43,741 nucleotides of DNA from Limnohabitans sp. (GCA_051006815.1 JBPCSU010000170.1:1-43741), one strand, 5' to 3'. Positions 8,838-19,221 are shown, counted from the first letter of the stretch. The notes: a model not told the origin generated them from the letters alone. Made by a program: numbers and translations.

Positions 8838-9419
8838 ATGTCGATCGCACCACGCCTTCAACAACAAAACTTGCGACTTGCCTATCGTTTGGCCGGCGTG
8901 GCGGTGTTGTTTTCGGCGTTGGGCTTTGCCATGGTCCCGTTGTACGACGTGATTTGTAAATGGACGGGCATCAACGGTAAAACCAATGCCCAAGCCGTGG
9001 CCGCTATTGGCAATACGCAGGTGGACACATCGCGTTGGGTGACGGTTCAGTTTTTAAGTCATGCCATGCCTGGTGCAGGGTTGGCATTCAAGCCAGAGCA
9101 CTTTGCCATGAAGGTGCATCCGGGCGAAATGGTCTACACCCACTATGTGGTGGAGAACGTTACCCGCGAACCCTTTGTGGGCCAAGCCATTCCCAGCGTG
9201 ACGCCTGCCAACGGTGCGTCGTACCTTCAAAAGGTAGAGTGTTTTTGCTTTAACCAGCAAACCTTTGGCCCGAAAGAAGTGCGAACGCTGCCGATCGTTT
9301 TTTATATCAGCAACGACATTGATCCCAACCTTGGCACTTTGACGCTTTCATACACCTTCTTTGAAGCTGTGAAAGAGCAGGTCAGTGCGTTGAACCCTAA
9401 TAGCCAATTGAAATTGTGA
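8838..9419 (+). CDS. ctaG: Cytochrome c oxidase assembly copper chaperone CtaG/Cox11
   Basis: FAMVPLYDVIC..TGING, KVECFCFNQQ, TLSYTFF; start ATG 8838. Confidence 0.95.
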   Translation: MSIAPRLQQQNLRLAYRLAGVAVLFSALGFAMVPLYDVICKWTGINGKTNAQAVAAIGNTQVDTSRWVTVQFLSHAMPGAGLAFKPEHFAMKVHPGEMVYTHYVVENVTREPFVGQAIPSVTPANGASYLQKVECFCFNQQTFGPKEVRTLPIVFYISNDIDPNLGTLTLSYTFFEAVKEQVSALNPNSQLKL

Positions 9420-9426
9420 GGAAACC

Positions 9427-10290
9427 ATGAGCCATACCACTGGAGCCGACGCCAAAGGTCACTACTTCGTGCCTGCCGCCAGCAATTACTCAACGACTTT
9501 GTCCGTGGGTATTTTCTTGATGGCCTTGGGCTTGATCTTGAAGGTCAACGCCATGCCAGAGGGTGCATGGGCCATGCCGATCGGGGCTGCCATGATTGTG
9601 TATGTGCTGTTTGGTTGGTTCGGCGAGATCATTGCCGAAAACTTGAACGGCAACTACACCCAGTGGGAAGACCGCTCGTACCGCACAGGCATGGTGTGGT
9701 TCATCTTCTCTGAAGTGATGTTCTTTGCTTGTTTCTTTGGCGTCTTGTATTACGCACGTCGCATCGCTTTGCCCGAGTTGGCCAGCTACGAAGAAGCGCT
9801 CAATCCTTACATGGGCTTCACAGCGGCTTGGCCTTCTAGCGGTCCTATGGGGGACCCCTTCACCCCGATGGGGCCTTGGGGTATTCCTGCCGTGAACACC
9901 CTGTTGCTGTTGACTTCGGGTGCCACCTTGACTTGGGCGCACTGGGGTTTGATCAAAAACAACCGCTCGCATCTCATCTGGGGTTTGCTCCTGACGGTGC
10001 TGTTGGGCGTGGTCTTCTTGGGTTTCCAAGCTTATGAATACGCCCACGCCTACAGCGAGTTGGGCCTGACCTTGGGCGCTGGTATTTACGGCGCCACCTT
10101 CTTCATCTTGACCGGCTTTCACGGCATGCACGTCACGCTCGGTACCATCATGTTGATGGTCATCTTAGGTCGTTGCATGAAAGGCCACTTCTCCGAGCAC
10201 AACCACTTTGCCTTTGAGGCCGTGGCTTGGTATTGGCACTTTGTGGACGTGGTCTGGTTGATCCTGTTCGTCTTCGTCTACTGGTTGTAA
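9427..10290 (+). CDS. coxC: Cytochrome c oxidase subunit III
   Basis: WFIFSEVMFF, TGFHGMHV, AWYWHFVDVVW. Confidence 0.96.
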   Translation: MSHTTGADAKGHYFVPAASNYSTTLSVGIFLMALGLILKVNAMPEGAWAMPIGAAMIVYVLFGWFGEIIAENLNGNYTQWEDRSYRTGMVWFIFSEVMFFACFFGVLYYARRIALPELASYEEALNPYMGFTAAWPSSGPMGDPFTPMGPWGIPAVNTLLLLTSGATLTWAHWGLIKNNRSHLIWGLLLTVLLGVVFLGFQAYEYAHAYSELGLTLGAGIYGATFFILTGFHGMHVTLGTIMLMVILGRCMKGHFSEHNHFAFEAVAWYWHFVDVVWLILFVFVYWL

Positions 10291-10307
10291 ACGGATTTAG
10301 TTGGGTC

Positions 10308-10508
10308 TCAACCTCGCAAGGGGATGAGACCCAAATAGTAATTGGCGAACAACGCGACAAATAAGCCAATCGACAAACCCACGCGAAGCGTCAGTGCCTT
10401 TACAACGGACGCACTGTCTTCCTTTTTTTGAGTCAGTCGCAAGAGTGCGGTAAACAAACTGCCCAAAATAATTAGCAGCAAAAGTACGGCGAGCAGTTTG
10501 CCAATCAT
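10308..10508 (-). CDS. Twin-transmembrane-helix small protein (DUF2909-like)
   Basis: IILGSL..AL, VVKALTLRVGLSIGLF; typical antisense position between coxC and SURF1. Confidence 0.85.
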   Translation of the reverse strand: MIGKLLAVLLLLIILGSLFTALLRLTQKKEDSASVVKALTLRVGLSIGLFVALFANYYLGLIPLRG

Positions 10509-10564
10509 GACCTATCTCCGTGACATGTGATGCGTGGAATTATCCGCATATTTTTCCTCTCAAC

Positions 10565-11272
10565 ATGCACTCATTTCAATTTCGCTGGATTCCTTTCATT
10601 GCCACATGTGTGCTGACGGCTGTATTTTTACGTTTGGGTTGGTGGCAGTGGACCAAGTCGCTCGATGTAGAGGCGCAAGTTGAGCTGCGTCAGACTCGCT
10701 CAACGGTGAATCCGGTGTTGCTTGGCACCGCCTTAGCGGACGCCCAAACCTTGGAAGGCGCCTCCGTTGTGGTACGTGGTCACTTCGATGCGTCTGAGCA
10801 ATTTTTCATCGACAACCAGCAGCACCAAGGTCAACCTGGGTTGCACGTCATCACGCCTCTCCAAATTGAAGGCTCTCAGGTGCGTGTGTTGGTGAACCGT
10901 GGTTGGGTCGGTTGGGGCGCTTCGCGTTCCGTATTGCCCGACGTGAAAGTGCCAACTGGCTTGATCGAAATTCAAGGGCGAGCCACAGTCCCCTCTGGCA
11001 AAGCGCCTGCATTTGTCACGGAACCTACGGACACAGGTGCACTGCGCACGCGTATTCGTTTAAAGGAAATTCAAGCCTCTCACGATTACCCTGTTCAACC
11101 AATGGTGATTTTGATGATGTCTTCCGACACCTCCGATGGGTTGGTCAAGGATTGGCCTGAACTCGCCAACAAAGCGCCGATGCACAAAGGCTATGCGGCA
11201 CAATGGTTCTTGATGGCGTTGCTGCTGGTGGGCTTTTTTCTGCGTAGCAGCTATCGCAAAGCAAACGTTTAA
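10565..11272 (+). CDS. SURF1/Shy1 family oxidase biogenesis protein
   Basis: LGWWQ, VITPL, VLVNRGWV, HKGYAAQWF. Confidence 0.92.
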   Translation: MHSFQFRWIPFIATCVLTAVFLRLGWWQWTKSLDVEAQVELRQTRSTVNPVLLGTALADAQTLEGASVVVRGHFDASEQFFIDNQQHQGQPGLHVITPLQIEGSQVRVLVNRGWVGWGASRSVLPDVKVPTGLIEIQGRATVPSGKAPAFVTEPTDTGALRTRIRLKEIQASHDYPVQPMVILMMSSDTSDGLVKDWPELANKAPMHKGYAAQWFLMALLLVGFFLRSSYRKANV

Positions 11273-11277
11273 TTCTT

Positions 11278-11955
11278 ATGACCGAGCCTCACTCTTTATC
11301 TTCAGATGCGCCTTTGAGCATGGCTGTTCACTCCATGCCTGAACCGCACTTGACGGACCTGCCACCGTCAGGTCATGGCAAATTGCTGGCCATGTTGTTG
11401 GCTTGTTCATTGCCTGTGCTCTTGGCGATCTTTGTTTTTTTTGTGATCAAGCCCACGGGGGAGGCCAATTTTGGTCAATTGATTCATCCTGCTCGGCCGA
11501 TGCCGTCTGTGTCATTGACGAATGAGCAGGGGCAGCCGATTGCGTTGTCGCAACTCAAGGGGCAATGGCTGTTGGTGAGCGTGGGCGATAGCGCTTGTGT
11601 GGCGGACTGTGCGCAACGTTTGTTCATTCAACGGCAGTTGCGTGAGATGCTCAACAAAGACAAAGACCGCGTGGACCGCGTCTGGCTCATCACCGATGAA
11701 CGCCCCATCAATCCAGAGATTCAAACCTTAATGTCCGACACCACCGTGATGCGCGTGTCTGTGCCTGTGTTGCAAGCGTGGTTAGGCGATATGCCGCTCA
11801 CTGAGATGCAACAGCACTTGTTTGTGATCGATCCACAAGGACACGCCATGCTGCGCATGCCTGCGGACATGAATGGCAAGCAAGCCAGTGCAGCAAAAGG
11901 GATGTTGCAAAAACTGTTGATGGCGAGTGCGGTGTGGGACAAGCCCGGACGCTGA
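11278..11955 (+). CDS. Membrane-anchored thioredoxin-fold/SCO-like oxidase accessory protein
   Basis: N-terminal TM, LKGQWLL, CxxxC (CVADC), DRVWL, VIDP.G; usual gene after SURF1. Confidence 0.8.
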   Translation: MTEPHSLSSDAPLSMAVHSMPEPHLTDLPPSGHGKLLAMLLACSLPVLLAIFVFFVIKPTGEANFGQLIHPARPMPSVSLTNEQGQPIALSQLKGQWLLVSVGDSACVADCAQRLFIQRQLREMLNKDKDRVDRVWLITDERPINPEIQTLMSDTTVMRVSVPVLQAWLGDMPLTEMQQHLFVIDPQGHAMLRMPADMNGKQASAAKGMLQKLLMASAVWDKPGR

Positions 11956-11965
11956 TGCGCAGGAC

Positions 11966-12850
11966 ATGCAAATGATGACAGCCAATGTTCTTCGCCAGTA
12001 CCACGCGCTGACCAAGCCGCGTGTGATTCAACTCATCGTGTTTTGTGCCCTCATTGGTATGGTGCTTGCCATTCCCGGGTGGCCGTCGTTGGATGCGTGG
12101 GTACGCATTCTGTGGGCGTGTTTCGGTATTTGGTTGGTAGCAGGAGCTGCTGCCGCTTTCAATTGCTTGGTTGAAAAAACGCTGGATGCCAAGATGCGCC
12201 GAACGGCGTGGCGACCTACTGCACGTGGTGAACTGTCGGATGCACAAGCCTTGGGTTTTTCTGCTGCCTTGTGTTCGTTGGGCTCTTTCATCTTGTATGT
12301 CTTCGTCAATCCGTTGACCATGTGGTTGACCTTTGCCACCTTCATTGGCTATGCGGTGATTTACACCTTGGTGCTCAAGCCGATGACGCCGCAAAACATC
12401 GTGATCGGTGGCGCCTCGGGGGCCATGCCGCCGTTGCTGGGGTGGGCGGCCATCACAGGTGAGGTGAGCTCGCAAGCCTTGATTTTGTTTTTGATTATTT
12501 TTCTTTGGACGCCCCCTCACTTTTGGTCCTTGGCGCTTTATCGCGTGGAGGACTATCGCAAGTCGGGTTTGCCCATGTTGCCCGTGACCCATGGCAACCA
12601 TTTCACGCGTTTGCAAATTTTGTTGTACACCGTCTTGTTGATGGCCTCGTGCTTGATGCCTTTTGCGATTGGTATGAGCTCGTGGTTGTATTTGGGGGTT
12701 GCCTTGGTCTTGAGCATTGGCTTCATCGGCTACGCCGTTGCTCTGATGCGCCAGTACTCCGATGAGTTGGCGCGCAAGACTTTCCGCTTCTCGCTCATCC
12801 ATTTATCAGCATTGTTTGCCGCGCTGCTGCTTGATCACTATGTGTTGTGA
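11966..12850 (+). CDS. ctaB: Protoheme IX farnesyltransferase (heme O synthase)
   Basis: [38 protein letters not shown]...EDY. Confidence 0.96.
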   Translation: MQMMTANVLRQYHALTKPRVIQLIVFCALIGMVLAIPGWPSLDAWVRILWACFGIWLVAGAAAAFNCLVEKTLDAKMRRTAWRPTARGELSDAQALGFSAALCSLGSFILYVFVNPLTMWLTFATFIGYAVIYTLVLKPMTPQNIVIGGASGAMPPLLGWAAITGEVSSQALILFLIIFLWTPPHFWSLALYRVEDYRKSGLPMLPVTHGNHFTRLQILLYTVLLMASCLMPFAIGMSSWLYLGVALVLSIGFIGYAVALMRQYSDELARKTFRFSLIHLSALFAALLLDHYVL

Positions 12851-13455
12851 GTGATTCGATGATTTCTAAGACCCGCCGTATTTTGCTGTGGACAGCAGCA
12901 ACACTTGCGTTGGCAGCATGTGCACCCGAAAAACCCAAGTTCAACGGCATCGACATCACGGGCGCTGATTACGCCAAAGACTTCACCTTGACCGACCACA
13001 ACGGTCAAAATCGCAGTCTGTCAGATTTCAAAGGCAAAGTCGTGGTGCTGTTTTTTGGCTACACGCAATGCCCAGACGTCTGCCCCACATCCATGGCCGA
13101 ACTGGCTGAAGTGAAACGTCTGCTTGGCAGTGAAGGCGACAAATTACAAGGTGTGTTTGTGACGGTCGATCCAGCCCGTGACACCACCGAATTGCTCAAA
13201 GCCTATTTATCAAACTTCGACCCCACGTTTGTTGCCTTTGTGCCCACGGCAGATGAGCTGACAGATGTGGCCAAACGCTTCAAGATTTATTACAAAAAGC
13301 AAGAAGGCAAGACGCCCACCAGCTACACGATGGACCATTCAGCGGGTAGTTATGTTTACGACACACAAGGCCATGTGCGCCTCTACAGCCGCTATGGTTC
13401 GGGAGCCAAGGTGTTGGCGCAAGACATTCAAACCTTGCTCAGAACCACCCCTTGA
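12847..13455 (+). CDS. SCO1/SenC copper chaperone lipoprotein
   Basis: Lipobox [31 protein letters not shown]. Confidence 0.93.
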   Translation: MSDSMISKTRRILLWTAATLALAACAPEKPKFNGIDITGADYAKDFTLTDHNGQNRSLSDFKGKVVVLFFGYTQCPDVCPTSMAELAEVKRLLGSEGDKLQGVFVTVDPARDTTELLKAYLSNFDPTFVAFVPTADELTDVAKRFKIYYKKQEGKTPTSYTMDHSAGSYVYDTQGHVRLYSRYGSGAKVLAQDIQTLLRTTP

Positions 13456-13473
13456 GGTGGTCTCGCCCCAAAT

Positions 13474-13505
13474 AAAAAGGCCCCCTGCACAACAGGGGGC
13501 CTTTT
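13474..13505. terminator. Bidirectional rho-independent terminator
   Basis: AAAAGGCCCCCTG-CACAA-CAGGGGGCCTTTT between convergent sco and rpoH. Confidence 0.88.
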
Positions 13506-13521
13506 GTTTGTAGCGAAAGGG

Positions 13522-14454
13522 TTAGGCGTATTCGGCCAACGCCGCTTTCATTTTCTTCATCGCTGCCACTTCGATTTGGCGAATGCGTTCAGCGCTCACA
13601 CCATATTCTGCAGCCAGCTCGTGCAGCGTCATCCCGCCTGAACCGTTGTCTTGCACTTTGAGCCAACGTTCTTCCACGATTCGGCGGCTGCGTTCATCGA
13701 GGACGTTCAGGGCTGCCGCAATGCCATCCGATGCGAGCACGTCACGCTGATGCGCTGCAATCATCGCGGTGGGTTCGTGGTTCATGTCGGTCAAATAGGC
13801 AATCGGGCCAAAGGCCTCATCGCTGTCTTCGTTGGGCGTGGGATCAAGTAACACATCGCCGCCGGACATGCGCATTTCCATCTCAACCACCTCTTCAGGC
13901 TTGACGTTGAGCTTGTGGGCGACCGTGTTGACCTCTTCCGGGTTGAGGCTGTTGCGGTGCGTGCCTGCATCGGCAGAAGCCGCATCGGCCTTGAACCCTT
14001 GCTTCATGGAGCGCAGGTTGAAAAACAATTTGCGTTGTGCTTTGGTCGTTGCTACTTTGACCACGCGCCAGTTTTTCAAAATGTATTCGTGAATCTCCGC
14101 TTTGATCCAGTGCATGGCATAGCTCACCAAACGCACGCCTTGGTCGGGGTCGAAGCGTTTGACGGCTTTCATCAAACCAATATTGCCCTCTTGGATCAGG
14201 TCCGCATGGGGCAGGCCATAGCCCAAGTATTGGCGCGACACCGACACCACCAAGCGCAGGTGTGAAAGCACCAGCTTCCCAGCAGCTTCGATGTCGTTGT
14301 TCTCTTTGAGTTTGCGTGCGAACTCCTGCTCTTGCTCAAGCGTGAGCATGGGCAAACGGTTGGCCGCAGTGATGTAGGCATCCAAGTTGCCCAGCGACGG
14401 TACCAAGGCCCAAGGATTGGAAATGGCGAGTGGCTGTTGAATCAAGGTTGTCAT
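13522..14454 (-). CDS. rpoH: RNA polymerase sigma-32 factor
   Basis: DLIQEGNIGLMKAVKRFDP, RpoH box VATTKAQRKLFFNLR, GVSAERIRQIE. Confidence 0.97.
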   Translation of the reverse strand: MTTLIQQPLAISNPWALVPSLGNLDAYITAANRLPMLTLEQEQEFARKLKENNDIEAAGKLVLSHLRLVVSVSRQYLGYGLPHADLIQEGNIGLMKAVKRFDPDQGVRLVSYAMHWIKAEIHEYILKNWRVVKVATTKAQRKLFFNLRSMKQGFKADAASADAGTHRNSLNPEEVNTVAHKLNVKPEEVVEMEMRMSGGDVLLDPTPNEDSDEAFGPIAYLTDMNHEPTAMIAAHQRDVLASDGIAAALNVLDERSRRIVEERWLKVQDNGSGGMTLHELAAEYGVSAERIRQIEVAAMKKMKAALAEYA

Positions 14455-14488
14455 CGTATGTAGTCCTTTCGGATAACTTCTGCGTATC

Positions 14489-14515
14489 TTAGCACTCCCT
14501 GCTTTTGAGTGCTAA
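14489..14515. promoter_or_regulatory. CIRCE element (HrcA operator) upstream of rpoH
   Basis: TTAGCACTC-CCTGCTTTT-GAGTGCTAA is an exact TTAGCACTC-N9-GAGTGCTAA; hrcA is in the window. Confidence 0.95.
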
Positions 14516-14562
14516 TCACCCTATTGAGACTTGGGTTAACCCTTGGGGTTGAATTTTAAACA

Positions 14563-14599
14563 CTGTGTTTTTTAACATATACTGAAAATAATTACAGTA
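14563..14599. promoter_or_regulatory. Tandem LexA (SOS) boxes
   Basis: TACTG-AAAATAATTA-CAGTA at 14580-14599 (CTG-N10-CAG with TA flanks), plus a one-mismatch site CTGT-GTTTTTTA-ACAT at 14563-14578. Confidence 0.65.
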
Positions 14600-14616
14600 T
14601 TTAAGAGGAGGTTGCG

Positions 14617-14841
14617 ATGCCACCCATCACTTTAGAACGTATCGCCGTGCAGTGCTGCAAAAGTTGCGCACACGTGCTGAGTTCAGACTCGTCGGAAACC
14701 CATTTGCGTTGTGGCTTGGGCTATTACCTTCAACCGCCACTGACGCGCAAGCAAGGCCGGATGGACAGTTACCCCGTGGTAGACGCCCAGGAGCGTTGTG
14801 GGCGTTGGCGCGAGAGCTTGAAAGGGGTTTTGAAACCCTAA
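14617..14841 (+). CDS. Small Cys-rich hypothetical protein (74 aa)
   Basis: Strong SD AAGAGGAGG before the ATG; fills the intergenic gap; C-x2-C-x14-C-x28-C-x2-W pattern. Confidence 0.7.
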   Translation: MPPITLERIAVQCCKSCAHVLSSDSSETHLRCGLGYYLQPPLTRKQGRMDSYPVVDAQERCGRWRESLKGVLKP

Positions 14842-14869
14842 AGAGACGAGGTGCAGCCGAGGCCGTGTT

Positions 14870-15892
14870 TTAGCCCAGCAACGCGTCAGCAAATTCTTGG
14901 GCGTTGAACGTTTCCAGGTCTTCCACGGCTTCGCCCACCCCAATGAAATAGACCGGCACAGCAGCACCGCCTGCGGCTGCCCGGCCTTGTCCCCACAGGG
15001 CAATGGCAGCGAGGCCGCCCCCTTTAGCCGTGCCATCCAGCTTGGTCACGATCAAGCCCGTCAATCCCAGCGTTTCGTCAAAGGCTTTGACTTGAGCGAG
15101 AGCGTTTTGGCCTGTGTTGCCATCGATCACCAACAGCACCTCGTGCGGCGCAGATGCGTCTGCTTTTTGCACCACACGTTTGATCTTTTTCAGCTCTTCC
15201 ATCAAGTGCAGCTGGGTGGGCAAGCGGCCTGCAGTGTCCACCAACACCACGTCTTTGCCGCGTGCGCGACCGGCGGTGACGGCATCAAAGCTGACAGAAG
15301 CGGGGTCACCACCTTCTTGGCTCACGATTTCGACCGTATTGCGTGTGGCCCAAACAGCCAGCTGTTCACGCGCGGCAGCACGGAAGGTGTCGGCAGCGGC
15401 CAACAGCACCGAGGCCCCACTGTCGCTCAAATGGCGGGTGAGCTTGCCAATCGAGGTGGTCTTGCCAGCCCCGTTGACGCCCGCCACCATGATGATGGTG
15501 GGCTTGTGCGTGCCGATGGTCAGAGGTTTCTCCAAGGGCGTGAGCAATTGGGCGATGGAGGCCGCCAGCAATGCCTTCACAGCAGCCGGCTCCGTGGTTC
15601 CCGTGTCTTTGACGCGTTGCTTCAAATCAGCCAATAGGTATTCCGTGGCTTGCACGCCGGCATCGGCCATGAGCAATGCCGTTTCAAGCTCTTCATAAAG
15701 ATCGTCGTCAATCTTCGTGCCGGTGAACACGGTGCTGATGCTTTGTCCTGTTCGACGCAAGCCTTGACCCAAACGGGCCATCCAACTGGCACGAGGGCGT
15801 TCAGCAGGGGCTGGCAGCATTTCGGTTGTGACCGTACCTTCGGTGGCAGCGGGCGTTTCTGACGCGTTTTTTTTCTTGAAAAAGCTAAACAT
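14870..15892 (-). CDS. ftsY: SRP receptor FtsY
   Basis: GVNGAGKTT, DTFRAAA, DTAGR, TKLDGTAKGG, GVGE. Confidence 0.97.
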   Translation of the reverse strand: MFSFFKKKNASETPAATEGTVTTEMLPAPAERPRASWMARLGQGLRRTGQSISTVFTGTKIDDDLYEELETALLMADAGVQATEYLLADLKQRVKDTGTTEPAAVKALLAASIAQLLTPLEKPLTIGTHKPTIIMVAGVNGAGKTTSIGKLTRHLSDSGASVLLAAADTFRAAAREQLAVWATRNTVEIVSQEGGDPASVSFDAVTAGRARGKDVVLVDTAGRLPTQLHLMEELKKIKRVVQKADASAPHEVLLVIDGNTGQNALAQVKAFDETLGLTGLIVTKLDGTAKGGGLAAIALWGQGRAAAGGAAVPVYFIGVGEAVEDLETFNAQEFADALLG

Positions 15893-15922
15893 GGGTGGGG
15901 GTTTCTAGAATCAGTCCATTCT

Positions 15923-16534
15923 ATGAAAACCCGTACACCCACTCCTAACGTCTCACCCGCATCCCTTAAACCACACAAAGGGGCCGGGGAGGTTCGCATC
16001 ATTGGTGGTCAATGGCGTCGCACCAAGCTGCCGGTGGCCTTGAAGCCCGGACTACGCCCCACACCTGACCGCGTGCGCGAAACCTTGTTCAACTGGTTGG
16101 GGCAATCGCTCGAGGGTTGGCGTTGCGTTGACCCATTTGCGGGCACAGGTGCTTTGGGGTTTGAGGCTGCCTCGCGTGGTGCTGACCATGTGCAAGTGTG
16201 CGAGCTGGATCCGGCGTTGGTGGCTCAACTGAGTGCCCAGGTGAATCGACTCAAGGCGACCAATGTGCATGTGCTGCGGACGGATGGTGTTGCGTGCTTG
16301 AAGCAACTCAGTGCCTCCAGTGTGGATGTGATTTTCATTGACCCGCCTTTCGATGGCGCGTTGTTTGAACCCGCTTTGCAAGCCGCCGCCAAAGCGGTGA
16401 AGGCCGATGGCTTTGTTTACTTGGAAGCGCCTGCCGCATGGACGGACGAGCAGCTGACCCCATTGGGTTTGTCGTTGCATCGCCACCTCAAAGCAGGGGC
16501 CGTTCATGCGCATTTGTTGCGCCGAATTGCATAA
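15923..16534 (+). CDS. rsmD: 16S rRNA m2G966 methyltransferase
   Basis: VRIIGG.WR, LRPTPDRVRETLFNWL, FAGTGALG.EA.SRGA, DPPF. Confidence 0.95.
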   Translation: MKTRTPTPNVSPASLKPHKGAGEVRIIGGQWRRTKLPVALKPGLRPTPDRVRETLFNWLGQSLEGWRCVDPFAGTGALGFEAASRGADHVQVCELDPALVAQLSAQVNRLKATNVHVLRTDGVACLKQLSASSVDVIFIDPPFDGALFEPALQAAAKAVKADGFVYLEAPAAWTDEQLTPLGLSLHRHLKAGAVHAHLLRRIA

Positions 16535-16566
16535 TCAGTTTGAGTTTTGAAAATCTAGGAGCGTTC

Positions 16567-17070
16567 ATGTCCAAGCAGGTCGTTGCCATTTACCCCGGTA
16601 CGTTTGACCCCATCAGTTTGGGGCACGAGGACATCGTATTGCGTGCTGCCGCCATGTTTGACAAAGTGATCTTGGCTGTGGCCACGGCACATCACAAGAA
16701 AACCTTGTTCACATTGGATGAGCGGATGGACATGGCACGCGAAGCCATGGCGGCGCATCCTCAAGTGGAGGTGGTGCCCTTCACTGGCCTGGCCCGCGAT
16801 TTTGTACGTGCCCACAAAGCCAATGTCATGGTGCGTGGTGTCCGCACCGTCACCGACTTTGATTACGAATTTCAACTCGCTGGCATGAACCGCGAATTGA
16901 TGCCAGAGGTGGAAACCGTTTTCCTCACGCCCAGTGCGAAATACCAATTCATCTCCAGCACCTTTGTGCGTGAAATTTCGTTATTGGGAGGCGAGGGGGA
17001 TGGCCAAAACTTGGTCTCTCCCGGTGTGTACAAGCGCTTGATGGCGAAGAAGGCCGCACCGCGCGCATGA
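16567..17070 (+). CDS. coaD: Phosphopantetheine adenylyltransferase
   Basis: YPGTFDP...GH, RG.R...DFDYE, ISS..VRE. Confidence 0.96.
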   Translation: MSKQVVAIYPGTFDPISLGHEDIVLRAAAMFDKVILAVATAHHKKTLFTLDERMDMAREAMAAHPQVEVVPFTGLARDFVRAHKANVMVRGVRTVTDFDYEFQLAGMNRELMPEVETVFLTPSAKYQFISSTFVREISLLGGEGDGQNLVSPGVYKRLMAKKAAPRA

Positions 17071-17750
17071 CCGACTTCTTGCTCATTCGCCACGGCGAAA
17101 CGGCGTGGAACCGTGAGCTACGTTTTCAAGGTCAGCTGGATGTGCCGCTCAACGACATGGGCTTGCAACAAGCCCAACGTTTGAAAACCAGAATCACGCA
17201 GGCCTTGTCGGTGTGGCAAACGCAAGGGCGAGTTCCCCGTCGTTTGATCAGCAGCGATTTGGTTCGCGCCCAGCAAACAGCACAACCTGTCGCGGAGGCT
17301 TTGGGGCAAACCTGCATGCTGCATCCGGGATTGCGAGAGCAGTGTTTTGGTGTCTTCGAAGGTTTGCGCGGCTCCGATATTCGCGCCCAATACCCAGAGG
17401 CGTGGCAAAAGTGGCTGGCTTTTGATGCGGATGAAGCGATGGAAGGGGCTGAGTCGACACGCGTGTTTCATGCCCGTGTGATGGCAACCTTGCAAGATTT
17501 AGCCAAGCAGTATGCCGGTGAACATCTTGTGGTGGTGACCCATGGTGGCGTGCTCGATATGGTGTGGCGGCATGCGCAAGCCTTGTCTCTGAGCGGGCCG
17601 CGTGTGTGCGACATTCCCAACGCGGGGTTGAATCAAGTGGCTTGGCGCGATGGGGTCTTGCACATTGACATGTGGGCAGATGCCGCCCATTTGGCCGATC
17701 TGCCTGAACAACCGGTGTACAGCCAAGCGCGCCTAGGGCGTGTGGGCTAA
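17067..17750 (+). CDS. Histidine phosphatase (phosphoglycerate mutase-like) family protein
   Basis: LIRHGET.WN, SSDL.RA..TA, VVTHGG. Confidence 0.9.
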   Translation: MTDFLLIRHGETAWNRELRFQGQLDVPLNDMGLQQAQRLKTRITQALSVWQTQGRVPRRLISSDLVRAQQTAQPVAEALGQTCMLHPGLREQCFGVFEGLRGSDIRAQYPEAWQKWLAFDADEAMEGAESTRVFHARVMATLQDLAKQYAGEHLVVVTHGGVLDMVWRHAQALSLSGPRVCDIPNAGLNQVAWRDGVLHIDMWADAAHLADLPEQPVYSQARLGRVG

Positions 17751-17807
17751 CAACCGCGCAGGCATTGCGGTTGCTTGTCAGCAGAGATAATTGGGTTTTA
17801 TTTCTAG

Positions 17808-18077
<270 letters not shown>

Positions 18078-18089
18078 CCCAACGACGTC

Positions 18090-18542
18090 TTAATTTGGCT
18101 CTGAAGGCAACGCTTTGGCGTTGCCTTTCTTTTTAGTTGGTGCGTTGGGATCTTTGGCTGTGAAATACGGGCTTTGTGAGTGACGTCTGTGTGAAGTGGG
18201 GGATGACTCAGTGGGGGGAGATATTTCAACCCCGCTCGCCTTGTTTGGGCTTATGGCGATGACGCGTGGTGGTGTTTGTGTTTCAGCGCGATGTTCAGAT
18301 GCCAGCCGTTTTTTCTCAAGGGCTTGCGCTTCCTTCAACTCGCTCAATGCGGGTGATGTCTTGCTTGGCTGGCTTGGTGGTCCTGCCCTGTACGTTTGGA
18401 TCTCGACGGCATCACCCTCTGTGCACGCGTTGGAGGCGCTGTAGGCATTGCCGCAACGGTAAACGCTGGCAGCAAAAGTCGGTGTGCTCATCAAGATAAC
18501 CCAGGCCAACCATACCGTGTGTGGCGGTGGGCAGGGCTTCAC
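18090..18542 (-). CDS. Secreted hypothetical protein (DUF4124-like N-terminus)
   Basis: Probable GTG start at 18542, signal-like segment, VYRCG..YS...C motif, low-complexity tail. Confidence 0.6.
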   Translation of the reverse strand: MKPCPPPHTVWLAWVILMSTPTFAASVYRCGNAYSASNACTEGDAVEIQTYRAGPPSQPSKTSPALSELKEAQALEKKRLASEHRAETQTPPRVIAISPNKASGVEISPPTESSPTSHRRHSQSPYFTAKDPNAPTKKKGNAKALPSEPN

Positions 18543-18543
18543 T

Positions 18544-19221
18544 TCATGACTTGGGTTGGTTCCCTGTGCCTTGTGTTTGATGTGCATCCTGACCCTTTGT
18601 ATGTTCCGTGCCAGGCAGCGAGGCCGGCCGGGGAGGTTTCGGACGCGGCGGCTTGGCGGTATGAATCATTTGCGTGGCTTTCACCATGTCTCCCGAGAGC
18701 AAATGAGGCAGTGCCAAGCTGGTGCGGGTGATGCAATCTTCAATGGCGGTTCGTTGGTCGGGTGCTGGTTTTTTGAGCACCCAATTGGCCACTTCAGACT
18801 TCACCCCCGGATGGCCAATGCCAATGCGCAATCGCCAGTATTGGTCTGTGCCGAGTTGTGCATGAATGTCTCGCAGACCATTGTGGCCCGCGTGACTGCC
18901 ACCCAGTTTGAGTTTGGCTTCGCCGGGGGGGATGTCTAACTCGTCATGTACCACCAGTATTTCTTGCGGCTGGATTTTGAAAAAACGCGCCAAAGCACCC
19001 ACCGATTTACCGGAGAGGTTCATGAACGTTTGTGGCTCGAGCAGCCACACGTTTTCACCTTGGACCGAGGTTCGGGCAACCAGGCCGTGGTACGCACGGT
19101 CGGGTTGCAGCATGACCTTGAGGTCGCGTGCAATGGTGTCAATCCACCAAAAGCCAGCGTTGTGGCGTGTGGCTTCATATTCAGTGCCGGGGTTGCCCAG
19201 GCCAACGAGGAGCTTGATCAT
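18544..19221 (-). CDS. pth: Peptidyl-tRNA hydrolase
   Basis: [39 protein letters not shown]. Confidence 0.97.
   Translation of the reverse strand: MIKLLVGLGNPGTEYEATRHNAGFWWIDTIARDLKVMLQPDRAYHGLVARTSVQGENVWLLEPQTFMNLSGKSVGALARFFKIQPQEILVVHDELDIPPGEAKLKLGGSHAGHNGLRDIHAQLGTDQYWRLRIGIGHPGVKSEVANWVLKKPAPDQRTAIEDCITRTSLALPHLLSGDMVKATQMIHTAKPPRPKPPRPASLPGTEHTKGQDAHQTQGTGNQPKS

Noticed and set aside
14533-14542. Palindrome GGGTTAACCC upstream of rpoH
   Set aside because: Only 10 bp, with no assignable regulator; could be chance.
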